From the NCBI RefSeq assembly GCF_006345805.1, contig NC_043001.1:44082001-44146000 (forward strand): a stretch of 64,000 nucleotides of DNA, read 5' to 3'. Below, piece after piece: positions 13,290 to 24,940 of the stretch. The stretch comes from Octopus sinensis. Its lineage: Eukaryota. Both the position numbers and the translations under genes were made by a program. The notes beneath the pieces were generated by a model. That model worked only from the letters and a program-made list of their open reading frames with translations, was not told the DNA's origin and ran no database searches. Within the stretch, counting starts at the first letter, position 1. Each line of letters begins with the position of its first letter.

Positions 13290-13708
13290 GGATCTTTTCG
13301 ATTTGAACAGCAGTTTTTTCTAGCGGTGTCATGAAATTGTCACCCATAATTATGACCCTAGTATCGATCTATTGCATTTCAATCTGTTTTAGGGCTAGGG
13401 TTAGGGGTGGGGGGAAGGGTATCTTTTTTTTCTTCACAAATGTAAATAAACCCAATCTGGTTCTTAATCGAGGGACATATTCATACGGCACAGAATGTTT
13501 TTTTTACCTCAATAGACGTCATTGATTGGTTGAAATTGCAGAAATTGAAGAAAAACAACAACAAATATCTTACAAACTATAGAATTTTCTCAATAAAGCC
13601 AAGAGAAAAAGATGTTTTATAAACACGTTCTACCAGTATTCGAAGTTTAAAAGTGTTTAGTTACGTGGAAATTATTTTTAAAAACTGCCGTTCAAACCGA
13701 AAAGATCC
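13290..13708. mobile_element. Non-autonomous TIR DNA element containing TTAGGG-like repeats
   Basis: ~28-bp TIRs GGATCTTTTCGATTTGAACAGCAGTTTT / AAAACTGCCGTTCAAACCGAAAAGATCC; no clear TSD. Confidence 0.75.
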
Positions 13709-14688
13709 GAACACCCCATTGTAACTTTCTGGTTAAATTTTCATACACATATCAATAACATTGCAGACAAAATCACCCTATTGTGTGGAAAGAGTCAAGT
13801 GTTGTTTGAATCACTTAAGATGTTGCAGGTTGTTAGCTTGTCGGTGATTTAAATATAAACTTATGTAGACTGTTTTTTGACGTACAATCAAAACAATCTA
13901 TTCGAGGGGGGAAATCATATGGCATTAGATATAAATTTTGAGAGAAAAAACTACAAGAAAATCGTCTCTGATAGTTACTCCTATTCTTGTCCAAGAAAAT
14001 TCCACAAAGTGGAGGCACCGATATGATTGTGTAGTTATGAAGCCCGCATTGCAACCATGTTGCAAGTTCAGCCCCACTGCATAGCACCTTGGGCAAGGGT
14101 CTTCTACTATCATGAGCTCGAGAACGGGGGGCACAGGGGCTAAAAGCACACCTCAGAAATTTTTTAGAGGCAATGAAAACGCTTTGGACATCTTCCTGAA
14201 AGAATTCATCGCCAAAACAATCGAGCGAAAAACTATTTTTGAACTTATTTGAAACATTACATTTGGATTTATCTGATTTTATTGATGTACAAATATTTAA
14301 GACATGGTTTCCTGGATTCATAGTTAAGAATCTAAACTGTGACCTAGATTTTAATATATGTTTTTTTCTTTTTCCGCCTTCAGGACTTGGAGATTTACGA
14401 GGTCACCTATCTCCTTTATCTTAGTTTCTTTGTATAAGTAGAATCGGACAGGTCATTTTAAGTTTAAGCTAGATAAAGGATATTCGTTCTTTTGTTCTCG
14501 AACATCCCCAACAGGTTCTTTTCTTTTCGATGTTGTCACTACGCTGTCTCATCCTACTTTCGACTATCTGCGTACAGCGACTCCGACGCAGAATAAGAAT
14601 CGCTATTTCTACATCAAGTAAACTTTACATCCATACGCTACGATAGGTAACCCCCGACGTATGAATTAAATCCGTACGTTACAAATAT

Positions 14689-14689
<1 letters not shown>

Positions 14690-14741
<52 letters not shown>

Positions 14742-14754
14742 TAAATTCTTTTAT

Positions 14755-14794
<40 letters not shown>

Positions 14795-14810
14795 CAACAA
14801 CAACAACAAC

Positions 14811-14858
<48 letters not shown>

Positions 14859-14877
14859 CATTATTGTTATTATTATA
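14690..14877. repeat. (AAT)n followed by (CAA)n and (ATT)n microsatellite
   Basis: Direct reading; the AAT and ATT blocks are mutually complementary. Confidence 0.95.
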
Positions 14878-14879
14878 CA

Positions 14880-15692
14880 TGAGTAGTGAATCTTGCAAGC
14901 ATGAAGTGGATTCGATCCACCATAGTCAAATTTAAATTAACAGTTCAACAGAACTTTTCTCAAGGTGGAACAATAGTTTTTGCAGTGACGGCAGTTTAAC
15001 ATTTGTCAGATTGCCTTTAGCTAGGCCGAAATAATGTCTTCACCACTTGATCCTTATAACTTCTACTTCACCAAAAGCTAGAATAGAGATATCACAGTAC
15101 CATCAACGAAGCCCATTGTTCTCAACGATATGTCTATTCTTCTGGATAGTTATAAAAGCAAGAACCCCTAAGCAAAAACCAAGTAGTCACTTGGTGACAA
15201 CTGAGCGAGGCGGCTCGTGACATCTCAATTAGTTAGGGAACAGACTGCTAGAATCATGATCGCAAGGAAGGCAGCTACTAAAGACAATGGTCAGCGAGAG
15301 AAATGAAATTTACTGTCAGCAACTGTGAGACAACGGCACACAACCCTACAACTTTCACTAGCTCTAATTCTGTTCTCTTACAACAGCATTCTATCGCTAT
15401 CTGTGGATTACTGCTAACAATGTATACACAAAACTATACAAAAATAAAATACTACCACATATAGCTTTCTTTCGCATGCTCTCGGATGTTATAACCTGCC
15501 CGCCGAGGTAAGGTATTTTTCAACGTAACGGTAAATAAATACTTGCTTAAAACTTCATGCATTGTTCATCTTTCACATCCTACAACAGGCCGTTATAACA
15601 ACAAATTTTTTTATTGCAACAACTGCTGACTTCGACATTTCATGTTATTGTTTACTAATTAATATCTCCCGTTACAATTGGTGACCCTCGAC
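14880..15692 (+). mobile_element. LTR (family 1) plus tRNA-Trp primer-binding site
   Basis: Homologous to 24957, 26378 and 39986 copies; ends CCGTTACA at 15676; then TGGTGACCCTCGAC at 15679-15692, matching the reverse complement of the tRNA-Trp 3' end (TGGTGACCCCGAC). Confidence 0.8.
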
Positions 15693-15737
15693 TTCAACTA
15701 AAAGCTTAACCGTTACACATGTATTTCTTTTACAATA

Positions 15738-16337
15738 GGTTTCAAATTTTGGCGCAAGGCCAACAACTTCGTGGGAGGAGAAAAGTCGAGCATATCAACC
15801 TAAGTGTTCAACTTGTACTTATTTTATCGACCTCGAAAAGATGAAAGGCAACGTTGACCCCGGCGGAATTCGAACTCAGAACGTAAAGACTGACGAAATA
15901 CCTATTTCTTTACTACACACAAGGGGCTAAACACAGAGAGGACAAACAAGGACGGACAGACGGATTAAGTCGATTATATCGACACCAGTGCATAACTGGA
16001 ACTTATTTAACTGACCCCGAAAGGATGAAAGGCAAAGTCAACCTCGGCGGAATTTGAACTCAGAACGTAGCGGTAGACGAAATACCACTAAGCATTTCAC
16101 CCGGCGTGTTTTGTTAAGATATTGATTTCAAATTTTGGCACAAGGCCAGGAATTTCAGGGAGAGGATAAGTCGATTACATCGATCCCCAGTGTCCAACTG
16201 GAACTTATTTTTTGACCCCGAAAGGATGAAAGGTAAAGTCGACCTCGGCGGAATTTGAACTCAGAACGTAGAGACGGATGAAAAGCCGCTAAGCATTTTG
16301 TCCAGCGCGATAACGAATCCGCCAACTCGCCGCCTTA
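15738..16337 (-). mobile_element. Three head-to-tail family B SINE copies
   Basis: GAAAGGATGAAAGG.AAAGTCGACCTCGGCGGAATTTGAACTCAGAACGT block repeated near 15835, 16018 and 16220. Confidence 0.9.
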
Positions 16338-16721
16338 GTGTTTGTTTAGATATTAAGATTGAAAAAAATTGACCTTGTTTGGAAAAAGTTTTGGACCTGA
16401 GTTTGCACCCATTAGCAAATTTCGTTCCTGCACTTATGCCTACTATTGTCCCGGGCCAACAAATGCCTTGCGGTTTTAGTAGACAGAAACTGAATGAAAG
16501 CCCTTCACACGCGCACACACATACACTGATGAACTACGCCTTCCTGCGTTTTATATTCGCATATCGATTGCCTGGACCGTTTAGACTCTGCCTGGAATAC
16601 TGTGCAACCATGAAGCTGGATTGCTAACGGCTTCTTGCCAACAACCCTAACTATTCGGCCAGCAGAAATTCTCATGAGGATATCGAAAACGAATAAATAC
16701 CCATGTACAAGCACCCATATA

Positions 16722-16931
16722 TTCTTTTATTCTTTTATTTGTTTCAGTCATTTGACTGCAGCCATGCTGGAGCACCGCCTTTAGTCGAGCAAATCAAACC
16801 CAGGACTTATTCTTTGTAAGCCTTGTACTTATTCTATAGGCCCCTCTTGCCGAACCGCTAAGTTACAGGGACGTAAACACACCAGCATCGGTTGTCAAGC
16901 GATGTTGGGGAACAAACACACACACACACAT

Positions 16932-16982
<51 letters not shown>

Positions 16983-17137
16983 CGACGGGCTTCTTTCAGT
17001 TTCCGTCTACCAAATCTACTCACAAGGCTTTGTTCGGCCCGAGGCTATAATAGAAGACACTAACCCTAGGTGCCACGCAAAGGGGACTGAACCAGGAACC
17101 ATGTGGTTGGTAAGCAAGCTACTTACCACGCAGCCAC
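16722..17137 (-). mobile_element. SINE, family C (GTGGCTGTGTGGTAAG head) with internal CA/GATA microsatellite
   Basis: Full head and tail; homologous to 45647, 55861, 56258 and 58705 copies. Confidence 0.9.
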
Positions 17138-17700
17138 TCGTAGACAACTAACATATCTTCATTCGTTTAACTCACTAAGCTGGTTTTAATTGCTACATGG
17201 TCAAGGTCACTTTTCAGAATTTTGTTTAGAAAACGAAAAAAGCAATGTGTGTGCATATGAAAATGTCAAATTGTTAAAAGCTGGTTCTCAGAGTGAAAAC
17301 TGTTTTTACTTTGGGGAATTAAAAATATCAAAAGGATATAAAAACAAAAAACGAAAATAAAAACGAAAAAAAGTTAGCTATCAATTTATCAATTTATTTT
17401 TAAACTAAATATAACGTAAATGTCGGAAGCAAGTAGCAGAGAATTTTCCGATATAAACATATCAGCGTCAGATAATTGTTCCTGATTACATAATTACTCT
17501 CATCATACGAACAAATAAGCAAGTCAACAATAACGTAAACAAAAATCTCAAAATAAAGAGGCCGATTGATTGTACGTTCAACACAAAAATTACACGATCT
17601 AATTAATTATTCTATGAACTTAGTCACCAAACCCTATATCTTTTCAAAACTTTAGATGACTAATATTTCTGTTGTACCATAGATTAAAATGCAATAGTTT

Positions 17701-17890
17701 CACTGGTACTTAATTTATCGACTTCGAAAGGATGAAAGGCAAAGTCGACCTCGGCGGAAAGTTCTGCAAAGGTCACCTTTGCCCTTCATCCTTTTGGGGT
17801 CGATAAATAAAGTACCAGTTACACACTGGAGACGATGTAATTGACTAGTCCCCGTCCACAAAATTTCAGACCTTTTGCCATAGTAGAAAG
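17701..17890. mobile_element. Fold-back pair of family B SINE fragments
   Basis: Minus fragment 17701-17760 directly abuts a plus fragment covering the same SINE segment (17770-17890). Confidence 0.75.
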
Positions 17891-17924
17891 GATTATTATT
17901 ATTATTATTATTATATTATTATTA

Positions 17925-17955
<31 letters not shown>

Positions 17956-17985
17956 GTTATTATCATCATCATCATCATCATCATC

Positions 17986-18170
17986 GAGGCAGCGAGCTGG
18001 CAGAATGCTTAGGGGCATTTCGTCCGTCCTTGTGTTCTGAGTTCATATTCTTCTGAGGTCGACTTTACCTTTCATCCTTTCTGAGTCGATAGAATGATAG
18101 TTGGACACTGGGTCGTTGTAATTGACTTACCCCTCCCCCGAAGTTGCTGGTTTTGTGTCAAAATTTGAAA
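17986..18170 (+). mobile_element. SINE, family B
   Basis: GAGGCAGCGAGCTGGCAGAA head and GTCGACTTTACCTTTCATCCTTT block, after an (ATT)n/(CAT)n tract. Confidence 0.85.
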
Positions 18171-18204
18171 ACATTATTATTGTTGTTGTTGTTATTATCA
18201 TTAT

Positions 18205-18640
18205 TATACATTTGTATAGGACAGAAGCATGGACTTTCTACCACAGACATATAAAGGAACTTCAACCCTTCCACATGTGCTGTCTGCGCAATATCTACAA
18301 CATTAAAAGGCAAGATAAGCTACGAAATATCAAAATCTTAGAAAAATGTGATATTTCCAATCTTAAAAGAATGCTACTGAGAATTCAGTACAGGACGTGT
18401 TGTTCGAATGAATGATGATCGCATTCTGAAAATTCTATAGTAAGACCAACAAGTAAAGGAAGACCTATTCTTAGACTTAAGGATAAGTTGAAGCAATTAC
18501 TAAAATCTTTACAGTTTAATTTGACATCTTGGGAAAGTCATTGCCTAGATCGATCTGCATGGCGAAAAAGTGTCACTGAGCATCAAAACAATTTGAATTG
18601 AAGAAACAGAACAAAGAGATCGTATACGAAGCTGAAGGAG
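18205..18640 (+). pseudogene. RTE-clade LINE 3' ORF fragment
   Basis: LYRTEAWTFYHRHIKELQPFHMCCLRNI...RMNDDRI...GRPILRLKDKLK...WE...DRSAWR matches the post-RT region of RTE/BovB-like elements; frameshifted. Confidence 0.75.
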
Positions 18641-18738
18641 TATCTGGCCCTAAAAGCAGCAGCAGCAGCTTTTCCAGCAGCGATGGCAGGAACAGGAATA
18701 GCAGTAATAATAGTAACGGTAGCAACATCAGCATAAAT

Positions 18739-18965
18739 ATATTTCTTTATTGCCTACAAGGGGCTAAACACAGAGGAGACAAGCAAGGACAGACAGAAGG
18801 ATTAAGTCGATTATATCGACCCCAGTGCGTAACTGGTACTTAATTTATCGACCCCGAAAGGATGAAAGGCAAAATCGACCTCGGCGGAATTTGAACTCGG
18901 AACGTAACGACAGACGAAATACGGCTACGCTTTTCGCCCGGCGTGCTAACGTTTCTAACGCCACC
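18739..18965 (-). mobile_element. SINE, family B
   Basis: Near full-length match to the 36932 copy. Confidence 0.9.
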
Positions 18966-19201
18966 ATCGCTAATGATAATGCTAAAAATAATAACAACAA
19001 CAACCACTATAACGCTGCCAACACCTCCAACAACGACGATGTTATAGCAGAACCAACGGAGGCACCAATAACGTCAACATCAACTCCGATGATGTCCCCG
19101 ACGCCAGCATTAATGATGCCAACACCAACACCAACAACAACGAAAATAACAGCGTCAACAACATCAGCAGAAGTAGCAACGCTAACGGCAGCATACGAAA
19201 A

Positions 19202-19430
19202 TATATAGGATGTTTCAGAAGCACCTTCAAGTAGCGCTTCTCCAAACACAAATACTCGTTTAGAATCCCGGAAAGACGTTACGCCATGTCCTTGGCCAGC
19301 CACGCGGCGCCTGAAAGACGAAGGGACTCCACATGTAATCACATGGAAGATCCTAGAAAAACCGGGTTCCTACACCAACGGGAACAAATGTTGCAAAGTG
19401 TGCATAGCGGAACGGGCGAGGATATCAAAG
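19202..19430 (+). pseudogene. Penelope-like element GIY-YIG endonuclease C-terminal fragment
   Basis: YIGCFRSTFK*RFSKHKYSF...SLASHA, frameshift, RLKDEGTPHVITWKILEK.GSY....CKVCIAE fits the YIG..FK.R..H..SF..LS.H.W.LK..I.W.I..C.LC..EK pattern. Confidence 0.7.
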
Positions 19431-19673
19431 AACTCACTTGACCTGGGATCTGCAAGCTGACAGGATGGATTCCGGATTGTGGTCTAAGGGAGTAATCTAT
19501 TGGGCTTGAACTTTCTTCTTTGTGTGTTAAAAAATTAGCCTCGAGGTCTTTTCTCCTCCATTTTGAAGAGACGTTATAGGCCACCGGTCATGAGGGTCTA
19601 ACGAGACATTTGTAAGTAAAGTTAAGCGCTTTATGGATGTGAAACCTTGGGTAACCCTATGAATCGGCCATAG

Positions 19674-19895
<222 letters not shown>

Positions 19896-20125
19896 ACACA
19901 CGTGTGTATTTGTGTCTGTGTTTGTCCATCTCACTCCGCTTGACAACCGGTGTCGGTTTGTTTACCTCTCGGTAACATTGCGATTCGGCAAAAGAGTTCG
20001 ATAGGATAAGCACCAAGCTTTAAAAGCATGTCCTGGAGTCAGTTTGTTCGACTAAAACTCTTCAAAGTGGTGTCCCGGCATAGCCGTACTCCAATGACTG
20101 AAACAAGCAAAAAATAAACGATAAT

Positions 20126-20686
20126 AAACCACAGGAGACATATAAATCTCCAACACTTTTATTATGTACGTAACTTAGGAATATATTCCTGGGAGAAAAG
20201 TTCTGAAATGTCATGTACATTCCATTGGTAAGTCGCAGATAAAAGTGAGGATAAAAGTTAGAAACTGCTGATCTAAATACGAAGCTCGAATCTCAACGAG
20301 ATAAACTCTGTATGTTACCTGTTCAGAATTTACAAAATATGTACTAGCAATATAGTGAGATTGCCCAATCATTCATACTTTTTTACTTGACTCAATATCA
20401 TTTCTCTGAACTAGATCGAGAGATTTTTAAACCACAGGAGACATACAAATCTCCAACACTTTTATTATGTACGTAACTTAGGAATATATTCCTGGGAGAA
20501 AAGTTCTGAAATGTCATGTACGTTCCATTGGTAAGTCACAGATAAAAGTGAGGATAAAAGATAGAAACTGCTGATCTAAATACGGAGCTCGAATCTCAAC
20601 GAGATAAACTCTGTATGTTACCTGTTCAGAATTTACAAAATATGTACTAGCAATATAGTGAGATTGCCCAATCATTCATACTTTTT
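20126..20686. repeat. 303-bp tandem duplication (~1.85 copies)
   Basis: AAACCACAGGAGACAT starts at 20126 and 20429; copies nearly identical by eye. Confidence 0.92.
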
Positions 20687-20715
20687 CTCCGCCATAATAG
20701 ATAATCCAATGACCA

Positions 20716-21101
20716 GTGGAGGCGCAATGGCCCAGTGGTTAGGGCAGCGGACTCGCGGTCATAGGATCGCGGTTTCGATTCCCAGACCGGGCGTTGTGAG
20801 TGTTTATTGAGCGAAAACACCTAAAGCTCCACGAGGCTCCGGCAGGGGATGGTGGTGATCCCTGCTGTACTCTTTCACCACAACTTTCTCTCACTCTTAC
20901 TTCCTGTTTCTGTTGTACCTGTATTTCAAAGGGCCGGCCTTGTCACTCTCTGTGTCACGCTAAATATCCCCGAGAACTACGTTAAGGGTACACGTGTCTG
21001 TGGAGTGCTCAGCCTCTTACACGTTAATTTCACGAGCAGGCTGTACCGTTGATTCGGATCAACCGGAACCCTCGTCGTCGTAACCGACGGAGTGCTTCCA
21101 T
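20716..21101 (+). mobile_element. tRNA-derived SINE, family A, tail type 2
   Basis: Same ~195-nt head as the 10031 copy; 14-bp TSD TAATCCAATGACCA at 20702-20715 and 21102-21115. Confidence 0.93.
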
Positions 21102-21569
21102 TAATCCAATGACCAAGAAAAAAGAAATCAATACATTTCCTAGTAAATTGGTTGTGTTGTCTTTATTTCAGAGAAACTTTGGTACTTTGCAATTCTTAAC
21201 CTGTTTTTTTTTTTTTTTAAATTGCCCTTCCTTTTCTTTAGATAACAGAAATGCTTTGATGAGATTTAGTTAATATTTCTAGCAGGCCAAACGACACGTA
21301 TAGGTTTGCTGGTTGCCTTATAATATTGGATAACTGAAGCTGGCGTCGTTGAACTGACAGCAAACCGGTTTTTAACTTTTAAAATCACATCTACGATAAG
21401 CAAGAGTAAAGAAAACGAGTATAAGACAAGAGCCCCTAGAGTAAAACCCCACTAGAGTAAAACCCCTTCGAACAAAAGTCCCTCAGACAAAACTCCCATA
21501 GTTAAAGTGTGAAAGTGGAGAAAACCCTCTCGCTTATATTTTCCGGTTATTTTTCGTTTTTTTCTCCTT

Positions 21570-21960
21570 TCACCTGTTTCACTCATTAGATTGTGGTCAT
21601 GCTGGAGTACCGCCTTGAAGAATTTTAGTTGAACGAGTCGACACCAGAATTTTTTTCCTTTTTACTTGTTTCAATCATTAGATTGTGGCCATGCTGGGGC
21701 ACCGCCTTGAAGAATTTTTAGTTGAACGTATCGACACTAGAATTTTTTTCCTTTTTACTTGTTTCAGTTATTAGACTGCGGCCATGCTGGGGCACCACCT
21801 GGAAGAACTTTTAGATGACTATATGGAACCCAAAAGTTTTTAGAGCCTGGTCAAAATCAGCTCCGTGATATATTTTGTCTCCCTTCCACCTTTGTATTTG
21901 TTAAATCATTAAACTGCGGCCAATGCTGGGCCTTGCCTTGGAGAATTTTTTGTCGAATGT
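21570..21960 (-). repeat. Tandem array of family C SINE tail fragments (~92-bp units x3 plus a fourth)
   Basis: CATTAGATTGTGG.CATGCTGG units at 21584, 21676, 21769 and 21907. Confidence 0.8.
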
Positions 21961-22190
21961 ATCGACCCCAGAATATCTTTTTAGGTAATTTTCAACCAGC
22001 GCAGGAAGAAATAGCAGCCAAATTTCTTGAATTTTTTTTTTATAATTTCACGTAAACAAAAACGGAAATCGCAGTTGTAAAAAAAACTTTATTTTCCAAA
22101 ATTCCAATTTTTAAGTAAACAAAAATATATTCAGAAATACTAAATTTCTAAATCTCTCGTAGAGACATGTACGGTGGTGGGGCGATAGAA

Positions 22191-22491
22191 TGGTTGTATA
22201 CTGTCAATCTAACACGAACGTGACAGTAGGGAGGTACATCACCGCTGTTTAGCCCTAGGAAGCATCGACGCCTCCTGATGGCTTTGACACATTTTTCCTG
22301 TATCCTTATATACATTTACGAAGGAGAGACAAACACCCCCGGCCGCCCGGGCTGCATCTAGGGACACGTGTTTCAGGATGATTATATAAGGACACAGGAA
22401 AAATGTGTCAAAGCCATCAGGAGGCGTCGATGCTTCCTAGGGCTAAACACCGGTGGTGTCACGTTCGTGTTAGATTGACAGTATACAACCA
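22191..22491. mobile_element. MITE with ~110-bp terminal inverted repeats
   Basis: TGGTTGTATACTGTCAATCTAACACGAACGTGACA...TCCTTATATA is mirrored at the right end; no clear TSD. Confidence 0.85.
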
Positions 22492-22789
22492 CAAAAATAT
22501 ATTCAATCGAACATAAATAAGTAGAATAGAATAACAGAACACAAAACTCTTTACTACTCAATGTACTTATTGTCTGAATTCTAACAAAAGGGAAAGCATT
22601 TACTTCAAAAACTGTGTAGAAAGATAGAAACGATAAGAAGTATGTTTGAACGACTAGCCTTCGGCACCATAATTCTGTTAGACCTCTAACAACCGGAGAA
22701 AGTTCAAAAGGTCATCTCATTCTCATTAATCTCTAAGTGCAGTGAGAAGAAAACAAAAGACTTTTAAATTTTAAAATGCCGATTTTTCT

Positions 22790-23030
22790 GCGACTAAAAA
22801 TCCTTCAAGGCGGTGCTCTAGCATGGCCGTAGTCTAATGGGTGAAACAAGAAAGAAAATTAAAAAATCCTGGGATCTATTAAAAATTCCTCAAGGTGGTA
22901 CTTCAGTATGGCCGCAGTCCAGTGACTGAAACAAGTGAAAAAGCAAATTCAGAGGTCGATACATTTGACTAAAAATTACTCAAGGCGGTGTTCCAGTATG
23001 GCCGCAGTCCAATGGTTGAAACAAGTAAAA
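22790..23030 (+). repeat. Tandem array of three family C SINE tail fragments
   Basis: AAGG(C/T)GGT...ATGGCCG.AGTC...GAAACAAG units at 22807, 22892 and 22982. Confidence 0.8.
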
Positions 23031-24005
23031 AAATATTTCGAAAATAAAAAAAAAACGAAAAATAATCAAAAAATATAACCGAGGGGGTTTTGTCCGCTTT
23101 CGCATTTTAACTAAGGTGGGATTTGTCCGAGGGGGTTTTGTCCTAGGGGTCTTCTGTCCGGAATCCAAAGAAAACAACATATCAACTGAATTAAGTTTGA
23201 TAACATTGTTTACTGATTCCTTGTTACCAGATACCGAGTCAAATGATATAGGTACCCTCACCACTAAAAGGAAAACAATTTTGCTCTAGTTTAGAATACT
23301 TTCAAGATCTTGCAGTTACTTTTAGTGACCACACACATACACACACATACATTATACATAGACACATGCATAAATGCACAAATACATACATAAAATACAT
23401 ACATACTCATCAGTGGAACTGTAAAAATCTATAAAACTTTCCAGAAGTTTATCATTTAAATATATATGAACATGTCTAGATGTGCAAGTATATACTCGTT
23501 TACATACATACACACACACAGACACACACACACACGCACACATATACATACATACATACATACATACATACATACATACATACATACACACACATACTGC
23601 TGATCTCCCAGATAACTATTCAGTCTTGTTGCAGATCCACATGGTTTGAAGCATAGGTGACGGACGAAAGTTGTAATTTACTGTGCACTTCCGATTGATC
23701 AGGTTTGCACACATTGCCACTCTTTCATTGCCATAGAACTTTCAGCAGATGGGTTGACGAATGAGATCAACATAAAGAGACATCTGGATTATAGTGTAAA
23801 CATCTGTACACCACGAGAATCACTCTCTGAGTTTTCGTGATTAGTGCCTCGTGACAGGCCGAAGCTAGATGACTAGTAATCATGTGAAACCACAGGTTTT
23901 GCATCAGTGTATCCCTAAAAGGACGCTGTGACGACAGTTAGAGCCCCGTCACTCTCAGTGGTTTTAGAGTGCATCCTGACATCAACCAAGAGTATTTATT
24001 CTCCC

Positions 24006-24162
24006 CACATCGCTGGTCAGAATGCGCTTCAAATGACGCCACCCCGCTGGCTAAGCGAGCAGGCCAACAGAAGGAAGAATGAGAGAAAGTTGTGGCGAGA
24101 GAGTACAGCAGGGATCGCCACCACCCGCTGCCGGAACCTCGTGGAGCTTTAGGTGTTTTCGC
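24006..24162 (-). mobile_element. Family A SINE fragment, tail type 3
   Basis: Reverse complement matches 35215-35390 with a short internal deletion. Confidence 0.85.
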
Positions 24163-24940
24163 CTGGAATATTCAATACTGTACACTGTATTTGTAATCAG
24201 TCCACTAGCATTACTGTCTCAGCTTTACTGCCTTAATCAGTGGCATATTCAATACTGTACACTGTATTTGTAATCGACGCACTAGCATTTCTGCCTCAGC
24301 CTTGCAAGCCCTTTTGCACACATGCACACGCACCTCTGTTATGCATCTACTGCCTTTTTTGCAACAATTCTGTGCCAGTTGAATTCTTTTCCCGACTCAA
24401 AGCTCGTCGAACGTTCACATGCTCTGCGCTCATGTTTAGACATAATTCCCCCCTGTTAGACGCCTGTTTGGTCACGTTATTAACAGAGAAAATTACCTGT
24501 CTCGCGCATCACTCCAGCAGGCTTACACTGTCCTCCTTGCTAACCTCAGCAAGTAACCACGACAACAGCACCGGGCACATTTCACTTCTGAAAAACTTTC
24601 AAGGCATTTCACACACTGCAACCCTGCTGGAAGATCTTACATATCATGAATTGAGAATACATTCACTCGCTCACCTGAGCTTATTTTACAGTCAATTTCG
24701 AAACGTGCACCTGCATTCGTGTATACGCCCTCTCGCGCACACACGCGCTCATTTGCTGAACTGCCCAGTCACCGACTGCACACATTTTGGCACGCAAAGC
24801 GTCACCGCTATTCGAACTAATCCGAATAGAAAACTGTCCCTATACATTTCGACGATCCTCTCTCCTGATATGCAAACTTTTTCGTCAACCACGCATTTTT
24901 TTCTCTCCTTCAATCGTTCGTTTCCTTTCCAGGAACCTCA

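Noticed and set aside
13833-14321. 162-aa minus-strand ORF
   Set aside because: Crosses a SINE-C head fragment (~14000-14115); no motif or splice support.
18825-19208. Mucin-like Thr/Pro-rich ORF
   Set aside because: It starts inside a SINE, and the low-complexity part is better explained by the frame leading into the GIY-YIG remnant.
19563-19614. Hammerhead-like motif in the 3' UTR of the GIY-YIG remnant (TTGAAGA...GAGAC ATTT GTA)
   Set aside because: Position is suggestive and a helix II can be drawn, but two core bases are wrong and helix I barely pairs; at most a dead relic.
21570-23030. Regularly spaced repeats as a CRISPR array
   Set aside because: Units are ~90-bp SINE tail fragments with homologous, not unique, intervening sequence; no cas genes; eukaryotic context.
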